From positions 1 through 32,827 of the forward strand of contig NW_014569444.1 in assembly GCF_000743755.1 (NCBI RefSeq): a stretch of DNA of 32,827 nucleotides, read 5' to 3'. This document shows, piece by piece, positions 11,136 to 21,566 of the stretch. Source of the stretch: Blastocystis sp. subtype 4 (lineage: Eukaryota). Position numbers and translations under genes: made by a program. The notes beneath the pieces are model-generated. The model searched no databases. It saw nothing but the letters and a program-made list of their open reading frames with translations, and was not told the origin of the DNA. Within the stretch, counting starts at the first letter, position 1. Each line of letters opens with the position of its first letter.

Positions 11136-13269
11136 AAAGACGACGAAGTAGAGAAGATGGTGTGTAAATGGACTAGGAAGTGATACACAAGGATTATTCT
11201 TACAGGATAGTTCAATAGATCCTGAAGAGTATGATAAATCAACTCAGAATCAACATGATGATTCTGATTCTCAGATAGAAAATGAATGATCTCAGGATGC
11301 TGTTTGGTGAAATGAGAAGGAATACACTACTTATGAATCTCCTTTCATAATCTTACTAATACAAACACGGGATTCATACACTCCTTAGAAAGAGTCTAAT
11401 CATGATTACTATTAGGACACATGTACTGGAGGAAAATCAATTGAATAACCGTTATTCCCCTTTACACCAACAAATCCTAGAATAGGAGAGAGTTGACCCT
11501 GCTGGAATTGTGAATGCATACTGTGAAGTCCCTTTGCGAGATCTTGATCTATCGGTTTCATTGGGAGATGAGTATGGAGATAGGCAACTGTTACGAAACC
11601 AGAGGCATTCATCTGATTCACTTCTTGAACCTCTTTTACATATTGTAGAGTCTCTTGTGTAAGTTCAGTTTCTTTGAGTTCACTATAACATAAAAAAAGA
11701 AGATAGTTTCAACTGATTGACTTGGCGAAGACAGAAATACAACTGACCATCATTCTCAACATTCACTTCGATTCCAGGTTGTTTTGAAATCAACCAATCA
11801 TCACATGCATTACTGATAGCTGTTATAGATCGATAATCACCATAATGCTGATGAAGTGAGTTGAACAAATGGGAACGAGAGTCTGAAAGCAATGAAACAA
11901 TGGTAGTTGTGGGTTGAGAATAGAATCTATGTCATATTGTAAAACCAAACCAACTCTGAAAACTCAAAGACCTCATAACCTTCTCTTTTCAATTGCTGAA
12001 TGAATGAAACAGTTAATGGCATTCCATTTCTAATGGTTTAGTACAAATGGAAATGATAACAAGAACGAAGATCTTGACATTCTGTCAAAGACAAATAGTG
12101 ATATTGATGGAAAAGTGGATTTGTGTGGATGGATAACAGGGGAATAAACAACTTGCTGACTTCCTTTACAATCGTAGATGTAAATATCAGCAACAAGAGA
12201 CATATTCAAACTTAACTACAGATCGATGATTGCAATCACTTCATACTGGTTGATAACTCATCGTATTCATCACTCTTCGGCGTCGATAGCGTTGATAAAC
12301 ACGTTCTACTGTAGCTCGTTCTTCATCATTCAAGGACTGGAACCACTTGTGGATCTCACCTTCAGATTCCAATACCGATGTCAATTTCGCTTGCTTTAAT
12401 GCATCTATAGTAAATTATCTTACCATTTCCCTACTTGGACACGAATACTCAATTAACTGATTTCCTCTAATCACGGCTGTATCTTGTAAACTATTGGATA
12501 CACCATGAGAGGAAAACCAATTCCAGTTGGAAGGATACAGGAAGGATGGAAGTGAATCTGAGAGAATTGCAAATGTAGAATACTCAGAACAGGACTCCGA
12601 GTAATGTGTATGATTTATGAAGGATAACGAGGAGTTACAAGAGACCTAGGTAACAAGAAAGGAATAGCAGTACATATCCGTGTCTATTTGAGACAACAGT
12701 GAATATAATGGAGGAGAGAATGAGGATTGTAAGAGATATTAGTTTGACTAAAATACCCATTTTGGAAAGCATACCAAAGACCCAATATGTAACCAATTCG
12801 AATAGAAAAGAGGCACATAATGCGACAAAAACGACATAGAGACTTCCTCGGAACACTACGAAGAGAATGATTGTTAGAAACAATGATAGGAATGTAATAA
12901 ACACAAAAATCTGTTTCCTTTTTGATTTAAGATAGGATGCTCCAACTCTAAATAATAATGAATGTTCAGAATGGGAACGATTGAATAATGCCTAGAAAGA
13001 AGATTGTTCCATTGATTGCATAATATGACTGTGCACCTAAATTCGAATGATTGGTCCATAACAGGTAAAGCAGGTTCTGAATCAATATTCGTAAAGAACT
13101 CTCCTACTGTATAGTGATATATCATACATTCAAAAAGAAGACACATAATCAGAGTTCCATTTCTCTGAGACAAGATCGTTCGCAAGAAATCCTTTTCTCC
13201 CTTCGACCAACTTCCTGAGGAGAATATCTTCATCACTTCCTCCTCATCGTGTCCCAGATCTGATCCCAT
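11136..13269 (-). CDS. Membrane-anchored DUF229-like (sulfatase/alkaline phosphatase superfamily) protein
   Basis: ATG 13269; TM helices near the N-terminus. After splicing, SISLFVFDRMSRSSF..GMPLTVSFIQQL and CIPSHFTKQHPEIIHFLSENQNHHVDSELIYHTLQDLLNY...SLLRRL resemble DUF229 motifs. The end is placed at the predicted poly(A)-created stop; the genomic stop would be 11107-11109. Confidence 0.6.
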
Positions 13270-13290
13270 TTCTTGTTCGATCTTTCTGTC

Positions 13291-13298
13291 AACAAACA
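13291..13298 (-). terminator. TGTTTGTT element (glutathione reductase)
   Basis: Exact motif 2 nt after the TAG. Confidence 0.8.
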
Positions 13299-13300
13299 AC

Positions 13301-14729
13301 CTAATACATTCCCCAAGGGGCAAAAGTAACCACTTCTTCTGCAGCTGTAGGATGAATAGCAACAGTGCTATCTAGATCCTTTTTGGTAGCTCCCATCTTA
13401 ATGGCTACAGCAAATCCTTGCAGCATTTCATCCACATTGTCACCAATCATATGTACACCCAGAACCTTCTGAGTTGATTTCTGGCAGACCAACTTCATAC
13501 CTGTTTTTCTCTTCTCTTCATCCTTCGCAAGTGCATAGAAAGAATTTGCAAAGGTCGTCTTGTACACTTGCACATCATCACCAAAACGCTCATGTGCTTG
13601 AGGTTCAGTCAAACCACATGTAGCAATTGGTGGATGCGAAAATACTACCGAAGGTACATTGGAATAATCCATCACCGAGTCAGGTTGATTCCCGAACAGA
13701 CGATCAGCCAATCTTCGACCCGCCTGGATGGCTACAGGTGTCAAATCCACCTTGCCAATATCATCTCCCAGACAATACACTCCTGGAGCAGAGGTCTCCT
13801 CTTTCTCATTCACTACCACTATACCACGCTCCACAGACACTCCAGGGATTTCAAGACCTAGTCCATCGATCAAAGGAACACGTCCAGCAGCCATCAGCAC
13901 AAAATCAACATCATCTACAATGCTTCCATTCTGGAACTGACAAGTGAATTTACCATCCTCTCGCTTCGTGATTCGTTCAATTGTACTATTTGGCATTACA
14001 TTCACTCCACTGTGAGGTAACTCCTTCATCAACAATTCCAGTACAAATGGATCATATGTACGAAGAGGAGTGTCTCTACGACATGCCAGAGTTGTCGTCG
14101 AACCCAAAGCATTCAGAATTCCCGCCATCTCCACAGCGATGTAACCTCCTCCTAGAACCAGAGAGCGCGAAGGAGCCTGCTCCAACTCCCAGAAGGAGTC
14201 ACTCGTTCCACAATACTCACTTCCAGGGAAGGAAGGAACCAAGGGTTTGCCTCCTGTGGCAATCAGAATATGATCAGCTTCCAGAACCTCTCCATCACCC
14301 ACCTGAACTTGATGAGGAGCCACAAAGTGTCCAAAGCCTTCAAAATAGACAGCACCCGAATTGGCAAGAGTGCGAGAGTGATTGGCATTCAGTCGCTTTA
14401 CGAATCTATTCCATTATATCGAAAGGCCACTTCCAACGCATCTCTTCGCTGCTTGAGAATACTCCAATCAAAAGACTCTGTAGTCTCAAATCCATAGCTT
14501 GGAGCAATTTTCATGAGTTCTCGGAGGTTTGCTGCATTGTACATAACCTTCTTGGGCATACAACCCACATTGACGCAGGTTCCTCCAATACGATTCTTTT
14601 CAATTACTGCAACCTTCTTTCCATAACCGGCAGCTCGTTTTGCGCAAGCAAGACCTCCTTTTAGTTACATCTTTCTAGATACATGCTACCTGATCCTGCA
14701 CCGATGACAATCAAATCGAACTTTTGCAT
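13301..14729 (-). CDS. GSR: Glutathione reductase (FAD-dependent pyridine nucleotide-disulfide oxidoreductase)
   Basis: MQKFDLIVIGAGSGGLACAKRAA...GGTCVNVGCMPKK (redox CxxxxC), GGGYIAVEMAG, LTPVAIQAGRRLADRLF, HPTAAEE; two 32-nt introns near the 5' end. Confidence 0.96.
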
Positions 14730-14880
14730 AGTAAAAAAACACTGAGAATCCTTTATGCAGATGAGAACAACTGCTTGCAGGTGGCCCCAATAATTAAATG
14801 GACCTCTATTCCTTTGTCTCATTTGGTAGCAATTAGGTCTATTCGTTTGCTATTCTTTAGTTACCAGATACTGTTGAAAT

Positions 14881-14888
14881 AACAAACA
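14881..14888 (-). terminator. TGTTTGTT element (Tctex1)
   Basis: Exact motif 45 nt after the TAA. Confidence 0.7.
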
Positions 14889-14933
14889 AGTGAAAATGAA
14901 GAGAAGAGAAAGAGAAGAGGAAGTCAGCAGGGA

Positions 14934-15312
14934 TTAAATCTTCAGAGCGAAGATGGTCAACAGGACATAGATATCCCCATTTTCCCATCGTACAACAATC
15001 TGACCTAGAGGTTATTCTATTACTACATTAGTACCATCTTTCTTAGGATCCCAGAAGGTGACTGCTTGTGAAAAAAATTCACCTCCCGTCTTCTCTATAA
15101 TCTCACAATTCACTATATTCAAGAAAGAGACATATTCCTTACCGATCAATTTGTAACCTGAGAGTTTCTGGATAATCGTTTCCAGGGTGTTAGTGGCAAT
15201 ATCTCCTGACCATCGGTGATAAGCCTTCTCCTCAAATTCGACCGACTCTAAAACAGAGACAATAATCTAATTGTTTCACTTCCATAATGTTGCATACACT
15301 GTGACAATCCAT
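14934..15312 (-). CDS. DYNLT1: Dynein light chain, Tctex-1 family
   Basis: Spliced (3 introns): MDCHSIIVSVLESVEFEEKAYHRWSGDIATNTLETIIQKLSGYKLIVNCEIIEKTGGEFFSQAVTFWDPKKDGQIVVRWENGDIYVLLTIFALKI*; Tctex1 signature W D xx x DG xxx V R W E N. Missed by the ORF track. Confidence 0.88.
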
Positions 15313-15451
15313 TTGGATTTCGGGAGTTAGTTCTGCAAGACTCATGATAGAAATGAATGAAGATTACCAGATACTAATGACATTTACCACACTATAGGTA
15401 GGGTAACACTGTGGTGTGGAAAGGAACGAAAAAGCGGAAGTGAGGGATCGA

Positions 15452-15459
15452 AACAAACA
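15452..15459 (-). terminator. TGTTTGTT element (GT31), inside the apparent ORF
   Basis: AAA T|CTTG TGTTTGTT. Confidence 0.8.
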
Positions 15460-15463
15460 CAAG

Positions 15464-16605
15464 ATTTTTCTCTCCACAAATCAATTTGAGTTCCAAAGAT
15501 CATTCTATAGTATTTTCGAGCCTCTCCACTTGATCGACGGGGATGAATAGCGAGATACTGTCGACACTTATCTTTCGAGTTGCAACCATTTCTAGCAATC
15601 CAGTGCTCCTCTCCTAGCGAGTGACACTGAAAACCCATTGCATTCAGAGCTTTTCCTGTATTCCCATCTTCATGATGTGTGAGGAACGTGAAATGCCGAG
15701 TTGAAATTAGCAAGGGCTTCACGAGATTGTAAGTTAATACATACAATCCTCCTCTAGCATAGGAGGCAATGTAGTTATCATCTGCAACAATACAAAAAGG
15801 GACATAGTTCTTCTTGGTAGGATCATAGGTATTATAGCGGGATTCTAAACAATCTCCTGCATACAGATACTTTCGCTGAAAAACGGATGGAGAATATAAA
15901 ATGGACATTAGAGAAGGGAGATTAAGAGCACAATCCGAATCCATCTTCACGATATACTTTAGAGGAAGTTCGAGAGCTTGGAGATAATGGTATGTGAGAA
16001 GAACGGAAAGAGCTAGATTGTGATAGGAGTTTGTGTGATTGAAAAGGAGAATGTCACCAAAGTGTTCCGATTCAGAATAAACTTGTTGCATCATACTTGG
16101 ATTATCGGATTCCATAGCCATTACAAAGAAATAGGTCACATTGTTAGCTTCTCGGTAAGGACGCGTTAGTTTTCGGAAAGTGGTTCGCAGATTGACCAAG
16201 TGAGGCTGATCAAAGACAATCATAAGAGTACCATCATTGACTATCGATTGGAGATTGGGTCGTAGTAAGATTTCATAGGGTTTTCCATATGGAATAGTTT
16301 TATAGTTGGTCTCTGGACATGACCGAAATTGAAATGCACTTTTGTAGTACAAGAACCACTTATTCTGGATATCTTCCATTCCATGGATTTCATATCCTTG
16401 AGGAATCCAATTTTCCAGTCCAGGGTCGAGTTCTAGAGCACCTACAGTTAATGCCGCAATTGGTTAGAATACTGCTAAGAAACAGTACAATCACAAGAAT
16501 CACAACCATCTAAGGTCAAATCATGATGGTATAGCGAAAAGGGATACGGATTCGCGAAGCAACTCGGACTGATAGGTAGTATCGAATCACTGAGGGACGA
16601 TCCAT
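15464..16605 (-). CDS. GT31 beta-1,3-galactosyltransferase-like type II membrane glycosyltransferase
   Basis: TM anchor VVILVIVLFLSS; ESEHFGDILLF..SYHNL, YIVKMDSDC (DxD), YARGGLYVL, HHEDGNTG. The end is placed at the predicted poly(A)-created stop (genomic ORF runs to 15384). First exons uncertain. Confidence 0.85.
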
Positions 16606-16706
16606 AGGATATCAATAGGAAAACAAATCTTGGAAGCGAATTTAGAGCAATTCGTGAACCTTAGTATATAAAGAATGACTGAACAGTTTTTACACAAATC
16701 ATAGAA

Positions 16707-19096
16707 ATGGACTTAAACCGAAAGGAAACTCAGCAGGTTGATCTCAGTGGTCCATTGATCAAGTATGCCAAGTCAATCCTGACAGGGGTAGTGATTTACA
16801 GTCAGGATAAGTGGATAGGATGAATTGACTAATATAATCTCCATCATTCAAACGATCAACCAACTACGAAGTAGAGTTGTTCGATTATCTGTTGGAACTG
16901 ATGAGAACCTGAATTTGTACACAGAGTATTATGAATACGTTGAACAGTTGTGCTATGCATTTCCTATTGATAGAGGCCTCGTATTCCTCTGTTGTTCTTG
17001 TAATTGTATAGGATGGTTTAAAGATTACTTGGACTGATGTGTTTCATTTTCGCAAATCAGAAACATCCAGTTTAAATGTGGAAAGAGCTTCGATTCTTAT
17101 GAATTTGGCTGTCTTGTACTATCGGAGAGCAGAGGAGTTATTACGAGTAGCTTTATCATGTTTCTTTGATCTATTAGGAAGTTAATTCTGCAGAGTCTGT
17201 AAAACAGATGTGTGCCTTTGGTCAGAAGAGTCTCTCTGCGATTATATTCATTCGAACAAATATTGTACCATATATAGAAAATTGTGGAGTGGGTTGGGAT
17301 CTGACATCAAACGGTATTGAAGTTGTAAGAATTCATAGTGGATGTTACCTAGATTGAACTGTTTGTTCGGGCACGTTGCCATAAGTATGCCTCCAGTAAA
17401 GCCAAGATTGTTGATGCATCACCAATCACTTCCATTCAGTTTACACGCAAAGAATGTGAATTATATCAATCTATTGCTCCTAAATTACGCATTCTTCCTT
17501 GGAATACGCAATCGTTACAGGATCATTTTTTGGTACTATTTTTGTATTCCTATTATATTTAGTTTTTGAGTTTATTCTATCTTCAGTCTGGATATTGTCA
17601 TTTGGCTCAAGATTTGCTTCAAAGAGAGAGTCTTTCAGAGAGTGATTGTGATTTGTTGATCGCGCTTCTGACCATTCTCCAAGTGGGTGTATCTTCCTTC
17701 TCTTATTGTATAGAACTCTCTTCCTCAGCTTCAATCAGTAAATTCTCCTTCTCCGAATGCATTTCCGATTCAATCACTAATTGCTGATATTCGAGAGGTT
17801 TGTTCTATTGGAGCAATGCTACGAATGCAAGTAATGGCTAGGATGTGTTTATGAGACATAAGAGGAAGATTGATCTCAATGCTGTATTGACTCGAATAGC
17901 ATCCAGTACATTACCAGATCCTATTCCATTTCGTTATTCTCATCAACATGACGTGTTATTTGATAGTTTACTGAGTGATTCTGTACATCCTTCTCATTCT
18001 TTTCATCATTCAGAAACGTAATCAAATTCGTTCACTTCAATCTGTTCTTGCTTCTCTCTGTCATTCTTCAAATATTCAGCTTTCAGCTCGTCTTCAGACA
18101 ATCGACAATCAATTGGCCGGTTTATCGTTAACAGATTCTCGTGTCTTCTATTCACCGACTCTCACTCAATCCTTTGATCATATTGAAGAACTCACCTCAA
18201 GTGGTCAATTGCAATCATTGCATCAATCGTTCACCAACTTACAGACACTGGTCGCTACTTCTCAGAAGCTCATTCAACAGCTTCAAACTCAACTGACTAT
18301 CCGAAGTGAGTCTGATCCTGTATCTCCTTATCCCCAACAAATGTTGCAATGGCTAAAAAACCTCCATTATTCGTTATCCCAAAAAAATGAGAGTATTCAA
18401 ATGATTGAGAAACAGCTTGACTTCTTACAGCAACAATGCCAAAATGTGGCATTCCAAAGGAAACAGCTTGAACTCCTTTCTGCGAATTTTCATCCTTCAT
18501 CCAAAACCACTCTCCTTCTTGAGCAGGCTTCGGAGCTACAAGATCAAATTCATAACCAGAGGTCATTAGTCTTGAGAATGATCAGTGATGTTGACTCTAT
18601 TGGAAATGATGGGATTCTTGTGCGTTTAGCTGTTCATCAAAATGCATCTGAGAATCCCCGTGGAACTGTGTTGAAAAGTGTTAATAGCGTAATTCGGTCT
18701 GCAACAGACGCAATGACGGAACTAACATTGCTATGCACAAATCTTGATCACATTAACAATGAATTGGAAACGGAACAACAGGACAGTGAACACTTTGCTG
18801 AGCAAAAACGATTGATTGATAATGTGAAAATGGTTGACAGGACATATTCATCTGTGAGCAAAACTATCATATCTTCCTTGAATGATTGTCAAACATTGCT
18901 CAATGCACTACAAAAAGCTATGGTTGATGTTCAGCAGTATGTTTCTAATGTGGCTTCGACGCGACCTAATTCTGCGGAGGAACAGACGCAACGACATATA
19001 GATGGATGGGAGTGTAATACATGCGGGATAGTGAATGATAATAGTAAAATGGTATGTGAAGCTTGCTTTCAACGTCGTATTTGTTATGTTTCTTAA
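16707..19096 (+). CDS. BRO1-domain (ALIX/Bro1-like) ESCRT-associated protein with a coiled-coil V-like domain and a C-terminal RanBP2/NZF-type zinc finger
   Basis: MDLNRKETQQVDLSGPLIKY..., ITWTDVF...SLNVERASILMNLAVLY are BRO1 motifs; long helical region follows; C-terminal WECNTCGIVNDNSKMVCEAC. The stop may instead be created at 19082. Confidence 0.8.
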
Positions 19097-19102
19097 CAAA
19101 CA
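19095..19102 (-). terminator. TGTTTGTT element (two-RRM gene)
   Basis: AAT T|AATG TGTTTGTT. Confidence 0.8.
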
Positions 19103-19104
19103 CA

Positions 19105-20270
19105 TTAATTCTCTGCCTTCTCACCATCCACAGAAACATCTGCATCATTATTTTTGCATACTACTTCTACCACCATTCAGAGTGTCACGATCAGGACTAC
19201 GACCTAAATCCTCCCGATTTCTAGCTTTCTCTTGTTCAGCCTTTCTTGATGCCAAATACTCCTTTCCCTTCGAGGCCAGATTCACTAGCACATTTCGATT
19301 CTATCCTTCACATTCGCTTACTATTCCTCACTTCCATTGGAATCGATTTCGTTCTCAAACACTCCTCTGCACCTCGAACCGAGTGGAACACAATAAATCC
19401 ATATCCTTTCGACCTTTTCGTGACACGATCATAACAAAGATTAAATTCATCAATCTCTCCCTTCAACTAATGGAATTCTAAAAATACTTACGAATCTGCG
19501 GAATTCACGTTCGATGTCATGCTCATGAATATGATAAGGAACACCACGGAAGAACAATCTACGTTGATCCAGGGTATCACGACTACTCCGTTCATCACGC
19601 GAATCATGGGATTCATGACGACTATGAGAGTCACGATGACTACGAGAATGAGAGTCATGACGACTGCGAGAGCGGGAGATATGACGAGAGCGAGAATCAT
19701 GACGACTATGTGAACGTTCTGGTTCACGAATTTCCCTTACAGGATGTGGATCTGAACATTATCCTTACCTAGTTCCCAAACCTCGGGTACTATCAGCAAT
19801 TGCAACAGAGATGTCTCTACCAGAGATTGTGATATTTGCATCGAGAGCAAGGGCTGCAGATTCGGCATCTTCAAATACGACAAAACCATAACACTTGGAT
19901 TCTCTCTTTTCACGATCCATGACCACGTTGCAATCCTTTACATAGCCAAAATCGTTCATAATATCATGCAAATCGTCGGTGGTAATGTACGAAGGCAACT
20001 GAGACACAAACAATCTTTTCAAAGATTGGATCCTGCTGGCTTCATGGAACACATCATGATAAATCGAATTGTGGTCAACAGAACTGAAACAGTCAAAATA
20101 CAACATAACAAGAATACTAGTCACACAACATGTCCACTAGGACTTCACGAGGGAACTGGAACAGAAAGTCTCGCATAATGCGTGGAGAGACATGTCTCTT
20201 TTCACTGACTGTTAAGATCCACATGATCACCCTACTTATCCTCAGTACGACTTCTCTTGGATTCCGACAT
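19105..20270 (-). CDS. Two-RRM RNA-binding protein, UBP1-associated protein 2 (UBA2)-like, with an Arg/Ser/His-rich linker
   Basis: Helical lead-in FLFQFPREVLVDML...; RRM1 KRLFVSQL...ESKCYGFVVF; RRM2 RLFFRGVP...RSKGYGFIVF; ends DVSVDGEKAEN* (TAA 19105-19107) after removing about 30-nt introns. Confidence 0.82.
19565..19725 (-). repeat. Low-complexity coding repeat (SRHDSR/SRSRSR-type linker)
   Basis: Repeated catgacga/gagagtca units on the + strand; translates on the - strand as RSHSRHDSRSRHISRSRSRHDSHSRSHRDSH. Confidence 0.7.
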
Positions 20271-20335
20271 GGTATTCAGCTATACTTTGAGGTATGGATT
20301 GAATTTTGCATATGCCTAAAATAGTTCACTTTTCG

Positions 20336-20343
20336 AACAAACA
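20336..20343 (-). terminator. TGTTTGTT element (CDK), inside the apparent ORF
   Basis: CAT T|CTTA TGTTTGTT. Confidence 0.8.
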
Positions 20344-20347
20344 TAAG

Positions 20348-21527
20348 AATGTAACAATCCTCCTTTTCGAGGAGGAAATGTGGGCATAAGTCTACAATCT
20401 TGTGGAATTGGAGTTTCACTAAACCAAGGGTGCTGAAGGGCTTCTTCTGCCTACGAATAAATATTTACTTCAATGTATACAGAGATTCGTTTCTCTGGAT
20501 TATACTCGAGTAGTCTTCGCATGAAATCAATTCCCTATGATGACAGTCTTTTTATTTCAGTACATTGTTTGAAAGGGAAGGAAATCGTTCCTTTAGCTTG
20601 CAGCGATAAAACATACCTTCATACTTTTCAATCACAGGATAATTTGGAAGTGATTTTAATTCTGGCCAATCTTGTACATCAGGACAACCCAAAAGATCGA
20701 AGATTTTGATTAGTTGGTCATTTTCGTTTGTTCCACATAGAATCGGCTTTCTTGCTATCAATTCTCCCATAATGCAACCAATGGACCTTGCTTTCATTTT
20801 CTCTCCATTTCCTTACCAAATATCTAATGCAAAGGAATACAGCTCTGAGCCCAGAAGGAGTTCAGGAGGTCTATACCACAGTGTGACCACATTCGTAGTA
20901 ACATGACGTAAGGGATAACCCATCAACCGAACTAATCCGAAATCGGCTAGCTTTAACTGGCCTCGATTGGTATATCTAGTTGAGATCCACAAAATAGGAA
21001 TACAGAAGATTGGATGTCTTTAAATCACGGTGAATGATCCAATGATCGTGAAGATAGGCAACAGCCATGAGTAATTGACGAATAAGACACTTCACCTCGG
21101 ATAATGTCCACGGCCGATTCTGATTCTTCAGTAGATAGTCGATATCTTGCTCACAGAACTCCATCACCATGTATACACTATCTCGATCTTTCCCTACAAC
21201 GATATCTTCCAATCGAACAATATTTTCATGCTCAATTTCCATCAGCATTTGGATTTCTCGAATGGAGGTGATAGGAAAGCCAGTCTATATATCAATCCAT
21301 TCTGTGGATTAAACTCCTACCTGGCCTTCATTATACAGTTTGATTTTCTTTAGTGCAACGATTTCACCCGTTTTGCGATTTCTCCCCTTATATACTGCAC
21401 CATAAGTTCCCTTTCCGATTTCAGTCAATAGTTGGTACTCATCAATACTCTTGCACAATCCATAGACTAAGGGTTATCTGGTCCTTTTTCCCATTCCACT
21501 ACTTCGTTTACTATGTGCAGTTGACAT
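20348..21527 (-). CDS. Cyclin-dependent kinase, CDK10/CDK11 (PITSLRE-like) family
   Basis: [22 protein letters not shown]...[65 protein letters not shown]. The end is placed at the predicted poly(A)-created stop. Confidence 0.93.
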
Positions 21528-21566
21528 GACGATCCAATTTGTGTTTAACCAAACAACCCAAACTAC

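Noticed and set aside
13981..14664. 227-aa ORF on +
   Set aside because: Antisense to glutathione reductase and has no recognisable motifs.
14730..14822. In-frame upstream ATG extending glutathione reductase (MRQRNR...) as a targeting peptide
   Set aside because: Short, not clearly amphipathic and could be chance; needs TSS data.
19488..19727. Hydrophobic or Met/Thr-rich ORFs on both strands
   Set aside because: Alternative frames of the RS/H-rich linker of the two-RRM gene.
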